A DNA stretch of 64,000 nucleotides, from positions 2,689-66,688 of the forward strand of contig USLX01000001.1 in the NCBI GenBank assembly GCA_900555665.1, given 5' to 3'. Positions 49,852 to 58,800 of the stretch are shown piece after piece; position 1 is the first letter of the stretch; each line of letters starts with the position of its first letter. Source of the DNA: an uncultured Eubacteriales bacterium (GTDB lineage Bacteria; Bacillota; Clostridia; Oscillospirales; Oscillospiraceae). The translations under genes and the position numbers were made by a program. The notes under the pieces were generated by a model. It was given only the letters and a program-made list of their open reading frames with translations. It had not been told where the DNA came from and searched no databases.

Positions 49852-50925
49852 TTACTCCACGCAGCTGTGCGCGCGGTATCCGGCGCGCATCGCGTCCCAT
49901 ACAGAGTCAAACTGCACCGCATTCTTCTCCGCCGGGCAGCTGCGGCAGGAAGAGACATGGAAGATCTGCGAATGGATGTTGCCGACATAGACCTCCGCCG
50001 GTGCGTCGATTGTCGGATTGATCTGCCCCTGCGTCGCCGTGCGTTCCGTGTCAAAGTGAACCACCGTCCCGTCGCTCGCCGCGTGCACCACGCCCTGCAG
50101 ATCCGTCCGGAAGAGCGTCACCTCCGCGTCCAGCAGCCGGCTGAGCGCCGCGTCCGTCGGATGACCGTAGGAATTGCCGGTTCCCACGGAAATTACGCCG
50201 TATTCCGGCATCACTTCGCGCAGAAATACATACCCGGTCGATCCCGCGCTTCCGTGGTGCCCCACCTTGAGCACCGTCGCGTCCAGCCGCGCCCCGGCTT
50301 CCACCAGTTCGTCCTCCGCCGTGATGCCCATGTCACCGGTGAAAAGAAAGCTTGTCTCGCCATAGTCGATGCGCAGCACGATGGAGTTTTCGTTGTTGTT
50401 CCCATAGTCGCGCAGCGGCCCGAGCACCGTCACCTCCGCGTCCCCGAGCGAAACCGTGTCGCCGGGGGAGGGGACTTCGATTTCCCGTCCCTGCGCCCCG
50501 GCGTATTTCACAAAGTTGGAAAAGGCCTTTGTGGAATATTCCGTCGTACTCGACCAGATGTGCTCCGCCGGGAATTTTGCCAGCACGCCCGCCAGCCCGC
50601 CGACGTGATCCTCGTCGCAGTGCGTGTTTACCACATACGCAAGTGACGTCACGCCGGATTCCTCCAGACTGGCCACAACATAGCTCGCATCGTCCACATT
50701 TCCGCCGTCAATCAGCATGGCCTCGCCGTCGCAGACAATCAAACTCGCGTCCGCCTGCCCCACGTCCAGAAACCAGACGTCCAGCTCGCCCTCCGGCACG
50801 GCCCTGGCCGCGTCCGGCTGCGCTGTGCCGGATAACGTTTGCCAGAGCAGTACCGCCGCCGCCAGCGCGGCGGCCAGCAAAACCAGGCCCGGCGAGGCCT
50901 TCGGTTTACCGCGCCGCTTCGCCAT
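49852..50925 (-). CDS. ComEC/Rec2-like MBL-fold hydrolase with C-terminal Ada-like Cys motif
   Basis: FLDVGQAD, THCDEDH, FTGD, KVGHHGS, NSYGHP and FHVSSC; N-terminal TM. Confidence 0.85.
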   Translation of the reverse strand: MAKRRGKPKASPGLVLLAAALAAAVLLWQTLSGTAQPDAARAVPEGELDVWFLDVGQADASLIVCDGEAMLIDGGNVDDASYVVASLEESGVTSLAYVVNTHCDEDHVGGLAGVLAKFPAEHIWSSTTEYSTKAFSNFVKYAGAQGREIEVPSPGDTVSLGDAEVTVLGPLRDYGNNNENSIVLRIDYGETSFLFTGDMGITAEDELVEAGARLDATVLKVGHHGSAGSTGYVFLREVMPEYGVISVGTGNSYGHPTDAALSRLLDAEVTLFRTDLQGVVHAASDGTVVHFDTERTATQGQINPTIDAPAEVYVGNIHSQIFHVSSCRSCPAEKNAVQFDSVWDAMRAGYRAHSCVE

Positions 50926-52297
50926 CTGCTTCCTCCATCGACCGTTTCACCCGGCCGTAGACCAGATAGGAGATCATTGCCGTCAATGCGTCCGCAATCA
51001 GCTGTGCCCAGACAATGCCTGTCATCCCGAAAAAGTGGTCAAGCAGGAACAAGATCGGGATATTCATCCCCAGCTGCCGCAGAATCGACAGCCCCAGCGA
51101 CACGCGCCCTTTTCCAAGCGCCTGCATGTAGTGCACCATCTGGAAGCTCAAAAACATCACCGCCGGCGCGAAACACCGTGCCCGCAGATACTGCGTCCCC
51201 AGCGCCACGGTCTGCGCATCCCGGATAAACAGCTGCATGATCTGCGGCGCAAATGCCCAGTAAAGCCCGATGCAGACCGCCGCCACGGCCAGTCCGCAGC
51301 GCCGCGCTGTCCGGAAAAAGGCGTACATCCGTTCCCGGTTCCCCGCCGCGTAGTTGTAGGCCACCAGCGGCATCATCGCCAGACAGATGCCGATGCAGGT
51401 GTTCAGCGGCAGCCGCTCGATTTTCAGAATAATCCCCATCGCAGCCAGCTCGATGTCGCCGTGGCGCGAGGCCAGCTTGTTGATGACAATGTTCGAAAGG
51501 TCGTAGAGCAGCAGATTGACCGCCGCCGGCACCCCCACGGAGAAAATTGCCCGCATCGACGTCCGCTCCACGCGCTCAATCCGCCGGGGCAGCGCCAAAA
51601 CCGTTGCCGACCGCACCTTCTGATAGACCACCACATAATAGAAAAACGAAATCACGTTCGACAGCAGCGTCGCAAGTCCCGCGCCGAGCACCTCGTTTCC
51701 GCGCGGCAGCAGCAGGAACATAAACAGCGGGTCGAGCGCCACGTTCAAAATACCGCCCAGACTCACGCCGATCCCGGCCTCCCGGGAATAGCCGGTGTTG
51801 CGCAGCATCGAGCTCATCACATTGTTCAGCATCGTCGGAACCGCCCCGATGATCACCACCGGGATGAGATACTGCCGCGCATAGCCGATCGTGTTTTCGC
51901 TCGCGCCGAGCAGACGCAGCAGCGGATCCATAAAGCTCAGGCAGAGCAGAGAAAATACCAGCGCTGTCCCCGCCGTCATCACCAGGCTGACCGACGCCAC
52001 GCGCCGTGCTTCCTCCTCCTGCCGCCGCCCGAGCAGCTGCACCACAAGATTGCCGCCGCCCACGCCGAACAGGTTGGAAAGCCCCGTGATCATCAAAAAA
52101 ACCGTCGCCACCAGCGACGAGGCCGCAACCATATACGGGTTGTCCGTCAACCCGATGTACCAGGTGTCCGCCAGATTATAAACCAGCACAATCAGCTGAC
52201 TGATGATCGTCGGCACCGCCATCACCGTCAGCGCCCGCAATACCGGCACGGACGAAAACAGTTCCTCCTTGCTCGCCTTCTTCCGCAAGCCCCTCAT
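50906..52297 (-). CDS. MATE-family efflux transporter
   Basis: PTIISQLIVLVYNLADTWYIG, NVALDPLF and GAGLAT; start near 52297 or 52288. Confidence 0.9.
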   Translation of the reverse strand: MRGLRKKASKEELFSSVPVLRALTVMAVPTIISQLIVLVYNLADTWYIGLTDNPYMVAASSLVATVFLMITGLSNLFGVGGGNLVVQLLGRRQEEEARRVASVSLVMTAGTALVFSLLCLSFMDPLLRLLGASENTIGYARQYLIPVVIIGAVPTMLNNVMSSMLRNTGYSREAGIGVSLGGILNVALDPLFMFLLLPRGNEVLGAGLATLLSNVISFFYYVVVYQKVRSATVLALPRRIERVERTSMRAIFSVGVPAAVNLLLYDLSNIVINKLASRHGDIELAAMGIILKIERLPLNTCIGICLAMMPLVAYNYAAGNRERMYAFFRTARRCGLAVAAVCIGLYWAFAPQIMQLFIRDAQTVALGTQYLRARCFAPAVMFLSFQMVHYMQALGKGRVSLGLSILRQLGMNIPILFLLDHFFGMTGIVWAQLIADALTAMISYLVYGRVKRSMEEADGEAAR

Positions 52298-52520
52298 CTC
52301 CCATTCAGCAATTTTCGCCTTATTATACAACACCCCGTCCCAAAAAGAAACCCCGTGCCCTCCCTCTCTCCCTGTCCGCCGCCGAGAACCGGCAGCGCCT
52401 GCCCGCCGGGAGCCCCATAAAAATCTCCGCCGGAGCACGTTATGATGGAGACAATAATAATACCCCTCCGGGCTGTAGGCTTCCAGGAGGCAGAAGTCCC
52501 GTCGCAGCCCGGGACGCCCG

Positions 52521-52552
52521 AAAAAGCCCCCTCTCCCGAGGGGGCTTTTTTT
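52521..52552. terminator. Bidirectional intrinsic terminator
   Basis: AAAAAGCCCCCTC-TCCC-GAGGGGGCTTTTTTT. Confidence 0.8.
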
Positions 52553-52589
52553 GATATCCGGAGGCGCCAAAGGCCGCGCCGCTCCACTT

Positions 52590-52752
52590 AAGGTGTATCC
52601 GAAAACTCCCAAAGCGCCCGGACAGCGGGCCTTTTTGCGCTGTGCGGCGTCACTTTTCCTTGAAATACGTCAGTATTCCTGCGGAAAAAGTGTCTTGCAC
52701 AGCACGAAAATTCCTCGCTGCCGGTCACATTTTCAGTTTTCAGATACACCTT
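52590..52752 (-). mobile_element. MITE-like TIR-bounded hairpin element, copy 3 (overlaps larC 3' end)
   Basis: TIR AAGGTGTATC(C/T)GAAAACT at both ends; core shared with copies 1 and 2. Confidence 0.8.
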
Positions 52753-53926
52753 GGAAAAGCGCCTCCCGCGCCTCTCGCAGCGAGCAGCCCTTCTCCCGCG
52801 CAATCCGCGCCAGATCCTCAAATTCCGCCTTCTCCCGCGAAACGCCGAAGCCCGCCGCGCCTTTCACGCGCACAGCGCCGAACGCAGTTTCCACGCGCCG
52901 CTCCGTCCGCTCCAGCGTCCACCGGTCACAGACCTTTGCCCGCACACCCAGCGTCGTCGTGTGCCGGAACAGCGCCCGCAGCACCGTCTCCCGCACCGTC
53001 TCCCGGCACATGCAGGTCAAAAGTACGCCCGGCCGGTTTTTCTTCATCCCGATGGCCGTCGTGTATACGTCGACGGCCCCGGCCTCAAACAGCCGCTCCA
53101 TTGCAAAGCCGATCTCCTCCGCCGTCATGTCGTCGAGATTGCAGCAGAGTTCTACAATCGCTTCCGTCCGGGCCTCCGTCCGCCCCAACATCGCGCGGAT
53201 GCAGTTTGCCGCCTCAAATTCCTTCGTGCCCATGCCGTAGCCAATCCGTTCCACACAGATCTGCGGCATCGGCCCGAAACGCTTCACGAAATGCCGCAGC
53301 AGCGCCGCGCCCGTCGGCGTGCAGAGCTCCCCACGGATCTCGCCGCCGTAGCAGGGGATTCCCTCGAGCAGCAGTGCCGTCGCCGGGGCCGGCACCGGCA
53401 GCAGCCCATGCGCACAGCGCACCTGGCCGGATCCCACATGGACCGCCGACGCGCAGACCTCGTCCGGCGCGATCTTCTCCATCAGCCAGCAGACGCCCAC
53501 CACGTCGGCCAGCGCATCCAGCGTGCCGACCTCATGGAAATGGATCTGGTCGACGGCCGTGCCATGGACGCGGGCTTCCGCCTGCGCGATCGCGTCATAG
53601 ACCGCCAGCGCATTCGCCCGTACCGTCTCCGGGACGTCCAGCGCCCCGAGCTGCTGCCGGATCTCCGCCAGCCCCGTGTGGTGGTGATGGTGGGCGTGGT
53701 GCTCTGCTTCGCCCTCCTCCTCGCCATGGACAAAAACATGCACATGCGTCCCGCGGATCCCGCAGCGCACCGCCGGCTCCGCCGTAATTTGGATTCCCGG
53801 CAGCCCCAGCGCGTTCATCCCGCGCAAAAATGCCTCCCGATCCTCCTCCGGCAGCAGCTCCAGCAGTGCTGCCATCAGCATATCGCCCGCCGCGCCCATT
53901 GCGCAGTCCAGATAAAGCGTTCTCAT
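52733..53926 (-). CDS. larC: Nickel pincer cofactor Ni-insertase LarC (full length)
   Basis: YLDCAMGAAGDM, His-rich EHHAHHHHH, HFHEVG, CAHGLLPVPAPAT, TPTGAA, NLDDM and MKKNRPG. Confidence 0.93.
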   Translation of the reverse strand: MRTLYLDCAMGAAGDMLMAALLELLPEEDREAFLRGMNALGLPGIQITAEPAVRCGIRGTHVHVFVHGEEEGEAEHHAHHHHHTGLAEIRQQLGALDVPETVRANALAVYDAIAQAEARVHGTAVDQIHFHEVGTLDALADVVGVCWLMEKIAPDEVCASAVHVGSGQVRCAHGLLPVPAPATALLLEGIPCYGGEIRGELCTPTGAALLRHFVKRFGPMPQICVERIGYGMGTKEFEAANCIRAMLGRTEARTEAIVELCCNLDDMTAEEIGFAMERLFEAGAVDVYTTAIGMKKNRPGVLLTCMCRETVRETVLRALFRHTTTLGVRAKVCDRWTLERTERRVETAFGAVRVKGAAGFGVSREKAEFEDLARIAREKGCSLREAREALFQGVSEN

Positions 53927-54678
53927 CTGTTTCCTCCCAAATGGTTGATCCGGTTGGCCAGGAAGCCCGCGCCAAACCCGTTGTCGATGTTCACCACGCT
54001 CACGCCGCTTGCGCAGGAGTTGAGCATTGCCAGCAGCGCTGTCACACCGCCGAAGCTCGCCCCATATCCCACGCTCGTCGGCACCGCGATTACCGGGCAG
54101 TCCACCAGCCCGCCGATCACGCTCGGCAGCGCCCCTTCCATGCCCGCCACGGCCACAATCACCCGTGCAGCCATGAGCTGCTCCGTGTGCGATAGCAGCC
54201 GGTGCAGTCCCGCAACGCCCACGTCGTAGAGCCGCACCACGCGGCTGCCCAGAGCCTCCGCCGTCAGCGCGGCCTCCTCGGCCACCGGAATGTCCGATGT
54301 GCCGCCTGTCGCCACGACCACGGCCCCGTCTCCGTCCGGCTCCGGAATCCGGCCCACAAGGCCGATCCGCGCCTGCGCGTGATAGTCCAGCGCCACGCTT
54401 TGCCCAACCGTCTCCGCCGCCTCCGGCGAAAGGCGTGTGATGAGTACCGGGCTCACGCCCCGCTCCGCCATCCGCGCCGCGATCCCGGCAATCTGCTTCG
54501 GCGTCTTGCCCGCGCCATAGATGACCTCCGCCGCGCCCTGGCGCAGCTTCCGGTGCAAATCGATCTTCGCGTAGCCCAGATCCTCAAACGGCGCCTGCTT
54601 CAGCTGCAGCTCCGCTTCCTCCAAACTGACCGTGCCCTGCCGGACGGCCTCCAGCAGATCCCGAATGCTTCCACTCAT
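53923..54678 (-). CDS. larB: Nickel pincer cofactor carboxylase/hydrolase LarB
   Basis: AKIDLHR, EVIYGAGKT, GTSDIPVAEEA, DVGVAGLHRL, AGMEGAL and NIDNGFGAG. Confidence 0.95.
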   Translation of the reverse strand: MSGSIRDLLEAVRQGTVSLEEAELQLKQAPFEDLGYAKIDLHRKLRQGAAEVIYGAGKTPKQIAGIAARMAERGVSPVLITRLSPEAAETVGQSVALDYHAQARIGLVGRIPEPDGDGAVVVATGGTSDIPVAEEAALTAEALGSRVVRLYDVGVAGLHRLLSHTEQLMAARVIVAVAGMEGALPSVIGGLVDCPVIAVPTSVGYGASFGGVTALLAMLNSCASGVSVVNIDNGFGAGFLANRINHLGGNR

Positions 54679-55421
54679 TCCCGTACCTCCAAATCCAGCA
54701 AAACTGCCGGGTAATATTGCCGCAGCTCCGTCAAAATCTCTTCCCGCCGCGCCAGAATCAGCGCCAGCTGCGCCGCCGGCGCCTGAATCCGCGCCGCCCC
54801 GGCGAAATACCGCACGCGAAAATCCGTCAACCCCAGCGAGAACAAAAAGCCCTCCGCCGCCTCCGTCTTTGCCAGCGCTTCCGCCGTGATCCGCTGCCCC
54901 GTGGGCACGCGCGTGGCAAGGCAGGCATAGGCGGGCTTGTCCCAGGTAAAAAGCCCCGCCGCCTTGGAGCGCGCGCGGATCTCCGCCTTCGTCAGTCCGC
55001 ATTCCCGCAGCGGCGAGCGAACCTCCAGCTCCCGCAGCGCCCGCATCCCGGGCCGGTCGCCCGCGTCGTCCGAGGCATTCGTGCCGTCGAGCAGCAGACA
55101 ATATCCGTCCGCCCGCGCCCGCTGCGTGAGCGTCCCAAAGAGGTTTCGCTTGCAGTGATAGCACCGGTCCGCCGGATTTTCTGCGACTGCCTCATCCGCC
55201 AGTGCATCCAGCTCCAATATCGTCAGCTCCGCACCCACATCGCGGCAGAGCCGCCGCGCGTCCTCCAGCTCAAAGGCCGGCTGGAAGGCCGTCTTGATAA
55301 AATACGGCCGCACATCCGCGCCGCACTGCTTCGCGCTCCAAAGCAGATACGACGAATCCACGCCCCCCGAAAAGCCCAGTGCCGCCTTCGGATGCCGGGC
55401 AAAAAAGTCTGCCAATTCCAT
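54675..55421 (-). CDS. larE: ATP-dependent sulfur transferase LarE
   Basis: FSGGVDS PP-loop, RCYHCK, DGTNASD..DRPG and ACLATR. Confidence 0.93.
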   Translation of the reverse strand: MELADFFARHPKAALGFSGGVDSSYLLWSAKQCGADVRPYFIKTAFQPAFELEDARRLCRDVGAELTILELDALADEAVAENPADRCYHCKRNLFGTLTQRARADGYCLLLDGTNASDDAGDRPGMRALRELEVRSPLRECGLTKAEIRARSKAAGLFTWDKPAYACLATRVPTGQRITAEALAKTEAAEGFLFSLGLTDFRVRYFAGAARIQAPAAQLALILARREEILTELRQYYPAVLLDLEVRE

Positions 55422-55440
55422 GAAAATCCTCCTGATTTAC

Positions 55441-55592
55441 GAAAAAAGGCATACGATCCCTTCTCTGAGATCGTATGCCTTCTGAACATACCATACAAAC
55501 AGGTTCGTGCCAGGCGAGGCTTCGGCCCCGTGCGGAGCGGTTCCTCCGCCCCATTCGGGGTTATTCTACCACGCATTCGCCCGGCCCGTCAA
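55441..55592 (-). promoter_or_regulatory. Promoter + structured leader + terminator (candidate attenuator/riboswitch) upstream of larE
   Basis: TTGACG-18-TAGAAT with extended -10; hairpins; 15-bp terminator AAGGCATACGATCTC/GGGATCGTATGCCTT + T-run just before the AGGAGG RBS. Confidence 0.65.
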
Positions 55593-56002
55593 GCCTCGTC
55601 CAAGGTTTTTTCCAGCTCCGTGAGCATAGCGTCCATCAGCCGCTGCATCCCGAGCTCCGCCACGCCCACAATAAAGTTCGCGCAGTGGTTCACCGGGATG
55701 AGAATGCGCTTGGCCGCGCTCTGCCCCACGGCGACGGCCATCCGCGGCGTCACCTCGCCAAGCAGCGCATCCGCGATCACGATTCCGACCGGCCCGATGA
55801 TCACGTCGGCGCGGCGGCAGCAGACCACCACCGCATTTTCGCCCGTCGCGCCCTCGTCCGCTCCGGCGCGAAGCATCGCGCTCGTCGCCGCCGTGTTCGT
55901 CCCGACCGCCGTAATCGTCACCGCCGGAAACCGCTTGCGTACCGCCGCAACCACCTGTTTTCCAATTCCGCCCCCCTGGGCATCCATCACCAAAATGTTC
56001 AT
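55589..56002 (-). CDS. DUF3842-like protein
   Basis: MNILVMDAQGGGIGK, AVGTNTAATSAMLRAGA..ATGEN and GEVTP. Confidence 0.8.
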   Translation of the reverse strand: MNILVMDAQGGGIGKQVVAAVRKRFPAVTITAVGTNTAATSAMLRAGADEGATGENAVVVCCRRADVIIGPVGIVIADALLGEVTPRMAVAVGQSAAKRILIPVNHCANFIVGVAELGMQRLMDAMLTELEKTLDEA

Positions 56003-56037
56003 CTTCGCGCTCCTTTTTCCCAAAAACCGCCGCGCGG

Positions 56038-56916
56038 TCAGAGATTTCCGCCCTCCTGCGCGCCGCTGCGCTGCAGGGTGTTGCCGATCGCCGTCACCGA
56101 GAGCAGCGTCGCAATCAAAAATACCCCCGGAATCACCACAACCCACCAGCTGTCCGTCAGCAGCGCTTGCTGCGCCAGCGAGAGCATGCTGCCCCACGAC
56201 ACAATCTCCAGCGGCAGTCCAAGCCCGAGAAAGCTGAGCGTCGACTCCGCCAAAATCGCCCCGCGCACATTCATGACCACCATGAACAAAATGGCCGGCA
56301 GGAAGTTCGGTGCCAGATGCTCGCGCAGCAGATGGAAAAATCCGCCGCCCATACACCGCGCCGCCAGTACAAACTCGCTGCTCCGCAGCCGCCGCACCTC
56401 CGTGCGCACAACCTTCGCAATCCCGGTCCAGCTTGTCAGCCCGATCACCAGCGACAAACTCCAGACCGATGCCGCGCCCAAAATCGCCTGCAGCAGCACG
56501 ATCAGCAGCAGATTCGGCACGCTGAGCAAAATTTCCGTCGCCCGCATCAAAAGCGCGTCGAGCCGCCGCCCCGCGCAGCCGCTCAGACTCCCGAGCACCA
56601 TCGCGATCCCCGTCGAGATCGCCGTGGCCAGCGCGCCGATCACCAGCGACGCCCGCCCGCCGTACCAGATCATGGCGAACAGGTCGCGCCCCATCGCGTC
56701 CGTGCCGAACCAAAACTCCCGGCAGGGCGCGCGGTTGCAGTTTGCAAGATCCATATAGGTCGGGTCGCGCCGCAAAAACAGCCCGCAGCCCAGACACCCG
56801 AGCAGGATGACGGCCAAAACAATCCCCGCCAAAACCGGCTTGCCCCGCAGCCACGGCGTTTTTTTTGCCTCCGGTGTCCTGACCGGCCGCGGCCCGACAA
56901 TCTGAAAGTCATCCAT
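56038..56916 (-). CDS. Peptide/nickel ABC permease (DppC/NikC-like)
   Basis: FGTDAMGRD, EFVLAAR..G, HLAPN and ESTLSFLGLG. Confidence 0.9.
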   Translation of the reverse strand: MDDFQIVGPRPVRTPEAKKTPWLRGKPVLAGIVLAVILLGCLGCGLFLRRDPTYMDLANCNRAPCREFWFGTDAMGRDLFAMIWYGGRASLVIGALATAISTGIAMVLGSLSGCAGRRLDALLMRATEILLSVPNLLLIVLLQAILGAASVWSLSLVIGLTSWTGIAKVVRTEVRRLRSSEFVLAARCMGGGFFHLLREHLAPNFLPAILFMVVMNVRGAILAESTLSFLGLGLPLEIVSWGSMLSLAQQALLTDSWWVVVIPGVFLIATLLSVTAIGNTLQRSGAQEGGNL

Positions 56917-57901
56917 CGCGTCCGGCCTCCCTTCCGTCCAGCCTCGGGTCGAGGCGTGCGTTGATCGCCTGTGCCAGCAAGCTGCACGCCATCACCACGG
57001 CCCCGGTCAGGATGCAGAGCACCATCAGCAGATTATAGTCCTGATACCGCGCGCTCTCATAGCTGAGTGTCCCGAGGCCGGGATAGGAAAATACGCTCTC
57101 AATGATATAGGTCCCCCCGATGATGTGCGGCACGGAGATGGCCATGATCGAAAGATACGCCGGCATCACGTTGCGCAGGCAGTGCCGCAGCAGCACCCGC
57201 CGCCCGCCCAGGCCCTTGCCCTTTGCCAGCAGCACATAGTCCGCCCGCAGCTCCTCCAGCAGCCGGTTGCGCACCAGATAGGCATAATACCACAGATGCC
57301 CCAGTACCACGACCGTCACCGGCAGCACCAGATGCCGCGCCCGGTCGGAAAAGCCGCCCGCGCTGCCCACGCTGTAGGCCCCCGAGCTCGGCAGCCACCG
57401 CAGCTGCACCGCAAAAATCAAAATCAGCACCAGCGACAGCCAAAACTCCGGCACGCAGCTCATCGCTGTCCCCACGCGGCAGCAAACCCGGTCAAAAACC
57501 GATCCTTCCTTCCACGCGCACAACACGCCGAGCCCCAGCGACAGCACGAAAATCAGCAAAAAACCGATCCCACCCAGCCGCAGCGTATACGGCAGCCGCG
57601 ACCAGATCAGCTCCAGCACGTCCATTTTGTACTGATAGGAAATGCCAAACTCACCCCGCAGCGCCCCGCGCAGCCAGGCCAGATACTGCGTCAAAACCGG
57701 CGCGTCCAGCCCCAGCTTTTCGGTGGCCCAGGCCCGCTCCGCCGGGGTCATTTTCTCCACGCGGTCGCCGAAATACGCCCGCAGCGGATCGCCCGGCGCC
57801 ATCCGTGCGATGACAAACACCAGGAAGGATAAAATCAGCACGCTCAGCAAAAACAGCGCCAGCGTCCGCAGCGCGGCGGCCATGCCGCGTCGTTGCCTCA
57901 T
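56909..57901 (-). CDS. Peptide/nickel ABC permease (DppB/NikB-like)
   Basis: APGDP, GLDAP..QY, PEFW, DYVLLAKGKGL and IESVFSYPGLG. Confidence 0.9.
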   Translation of the reverse strand: MRQRRGMAAALRTLALFLLSVLILSFLVFVIARMAPGDPLRAYFGDRVEKMTPAERAWATEKLGLDAPVLTQYLAWLRGALRGEFGISYQYKMDVLELIWSRLPYTLRLGGIGFLLIFVLSLGLGVLCAWKEGSVFDRVCCRVGTAMSCVPEFWLSLVLILIFAVQLRWLPSSGAYSVGSAGGFSDRARHLVLPVTVVVLGHLWYYAYLVRNRLLEELRADYVLLAKGKGLGGRRVLLRHCLRNVMPAYLSIMAISVPHIIGGTYIIESVFSYPGLGTLSYESARYQDYNLLMVLCILTGAVVMACSLLAQAINARLDPRLDGREAGRDG

Positions 57902-58800
57902 GCCTCCGCGCCCCCTTCCAAAACAAAATGCCCCGGCGCAGCTTCCACCAGCTGCCCGTCCCGGCAAAATTCCGCTTCCTCAAAGCGCAGAATCTTCCGC
58001 GCCCGTTCCCGCAGCGGGTCGGGCAGGGGAATGGCCGAGAGCAGCGCGCGGGTATACCCGTGCAGCGGCCGGGAAAACAGCTCCTCCGTCTCCGCGCATT
58101 CCACCAGCTTCCCCCGGTACATCACACCCACCCGGTCGCACAGATACCGGACGAGCGACAGGTCGTGCGCAATGAACAAAAACGTAAAGCCGTGCTCGGC
58201 CTGCAGATGCCGGAACAGATTGATGATCTGCGCCTGAATGGACACATCCAGCGACGAGACCGGCTCATCGGCCACCAGCAGCTCCGGCTCCATCGCCAGC
58301 GCCCGCGCAATGGCCACTCTCTGCCGCTGCCCGCCGGAAAGTTCCGGCGGATACTTGTCCAGATACTCCGCATCCAGTCCCACATACTTCATCTGAAACG
58401 CGGCCTCCGCGCGCGCAGAGCCCCGCGCCGTGCTCCGCCGTGCAATGCGCAGCGGCTCCGTGATACAATCTCCTACCGTCCGTTTCGGATCGAGGCTCGA
58501 CGTCGGATCCTGAAAGATCATCTGCCTGCTTTGCTGCAGATACCGCCGGTTCGCGCGAAACTGCGCCGCGTCTGCCACGTCGATCCCGTGAAACAGGATC
58601 CGTCCTACCTCCGGCCGGTAGAGATTCATGATGCACCGCGCCGCCGTCGACTTTCCGGAGCCCGATTCTCCGACCAACCCGAAAATCTCGCCCCGCCGTA
58701 CAGAAAACGACAGATCTTCTACCGCCCGCACGCGCAGGCCCCGCACGGGGCAGAAGCTGTGCGTCAAATGCTCCACCGAGAGCAGAATTTCCTCATTCAT
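57898..58800 (-). CDS. Peptide/nickel ABC ATPase (OppF-like)
   Basis: GESGSGKS, LSGGQRQR and ADEPVSSLDVSIQAQ. Confidence 0.92.
   Translation of the reverse strand: MNEEILLSVEHLTHSFCPVRGLRVRAVEDLSFSVRRGEIFGLVGESGSGKSTAARCIMNLYRPEVGRILFHGIDVADAAQFRANRRYLQQSRQMIFQDPTSSLDPKRTVGDCITEPLRIARRSTARGSARAEAAFQMKYVGLDAEYLDKYPPELSGGQRQRVAIARALAMEPELLVADEPVSSLDVSIQAQIINLFRHLQAEHGFTFLFIAHDLSLVRYLCDRVGVMYRGKLVECAETEELFSRPLHGYTRALLSAIPLPDPLRERARKILRFEEAEFCRDGQLVEAAPGHFVLEGGAEA

Noticed and set aside
52442..52591. 49-codon ORF with ATA-ATA-ATA as a possible Ile attenuator leader peptide
   Set aside because: No downstream + strand gene to regulate, and the frame runs through the terminator.
53923..56854. Long N-terminal extensions on larB (413 aa) and DUF3842 (421 aa), and likewise hemZ, MATE, hup and recJ, suggesting fusions
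   Set aside because: Extensions are out-of-frame overlaps with upstream genes or promoters; internal starts give normal-length proteins.
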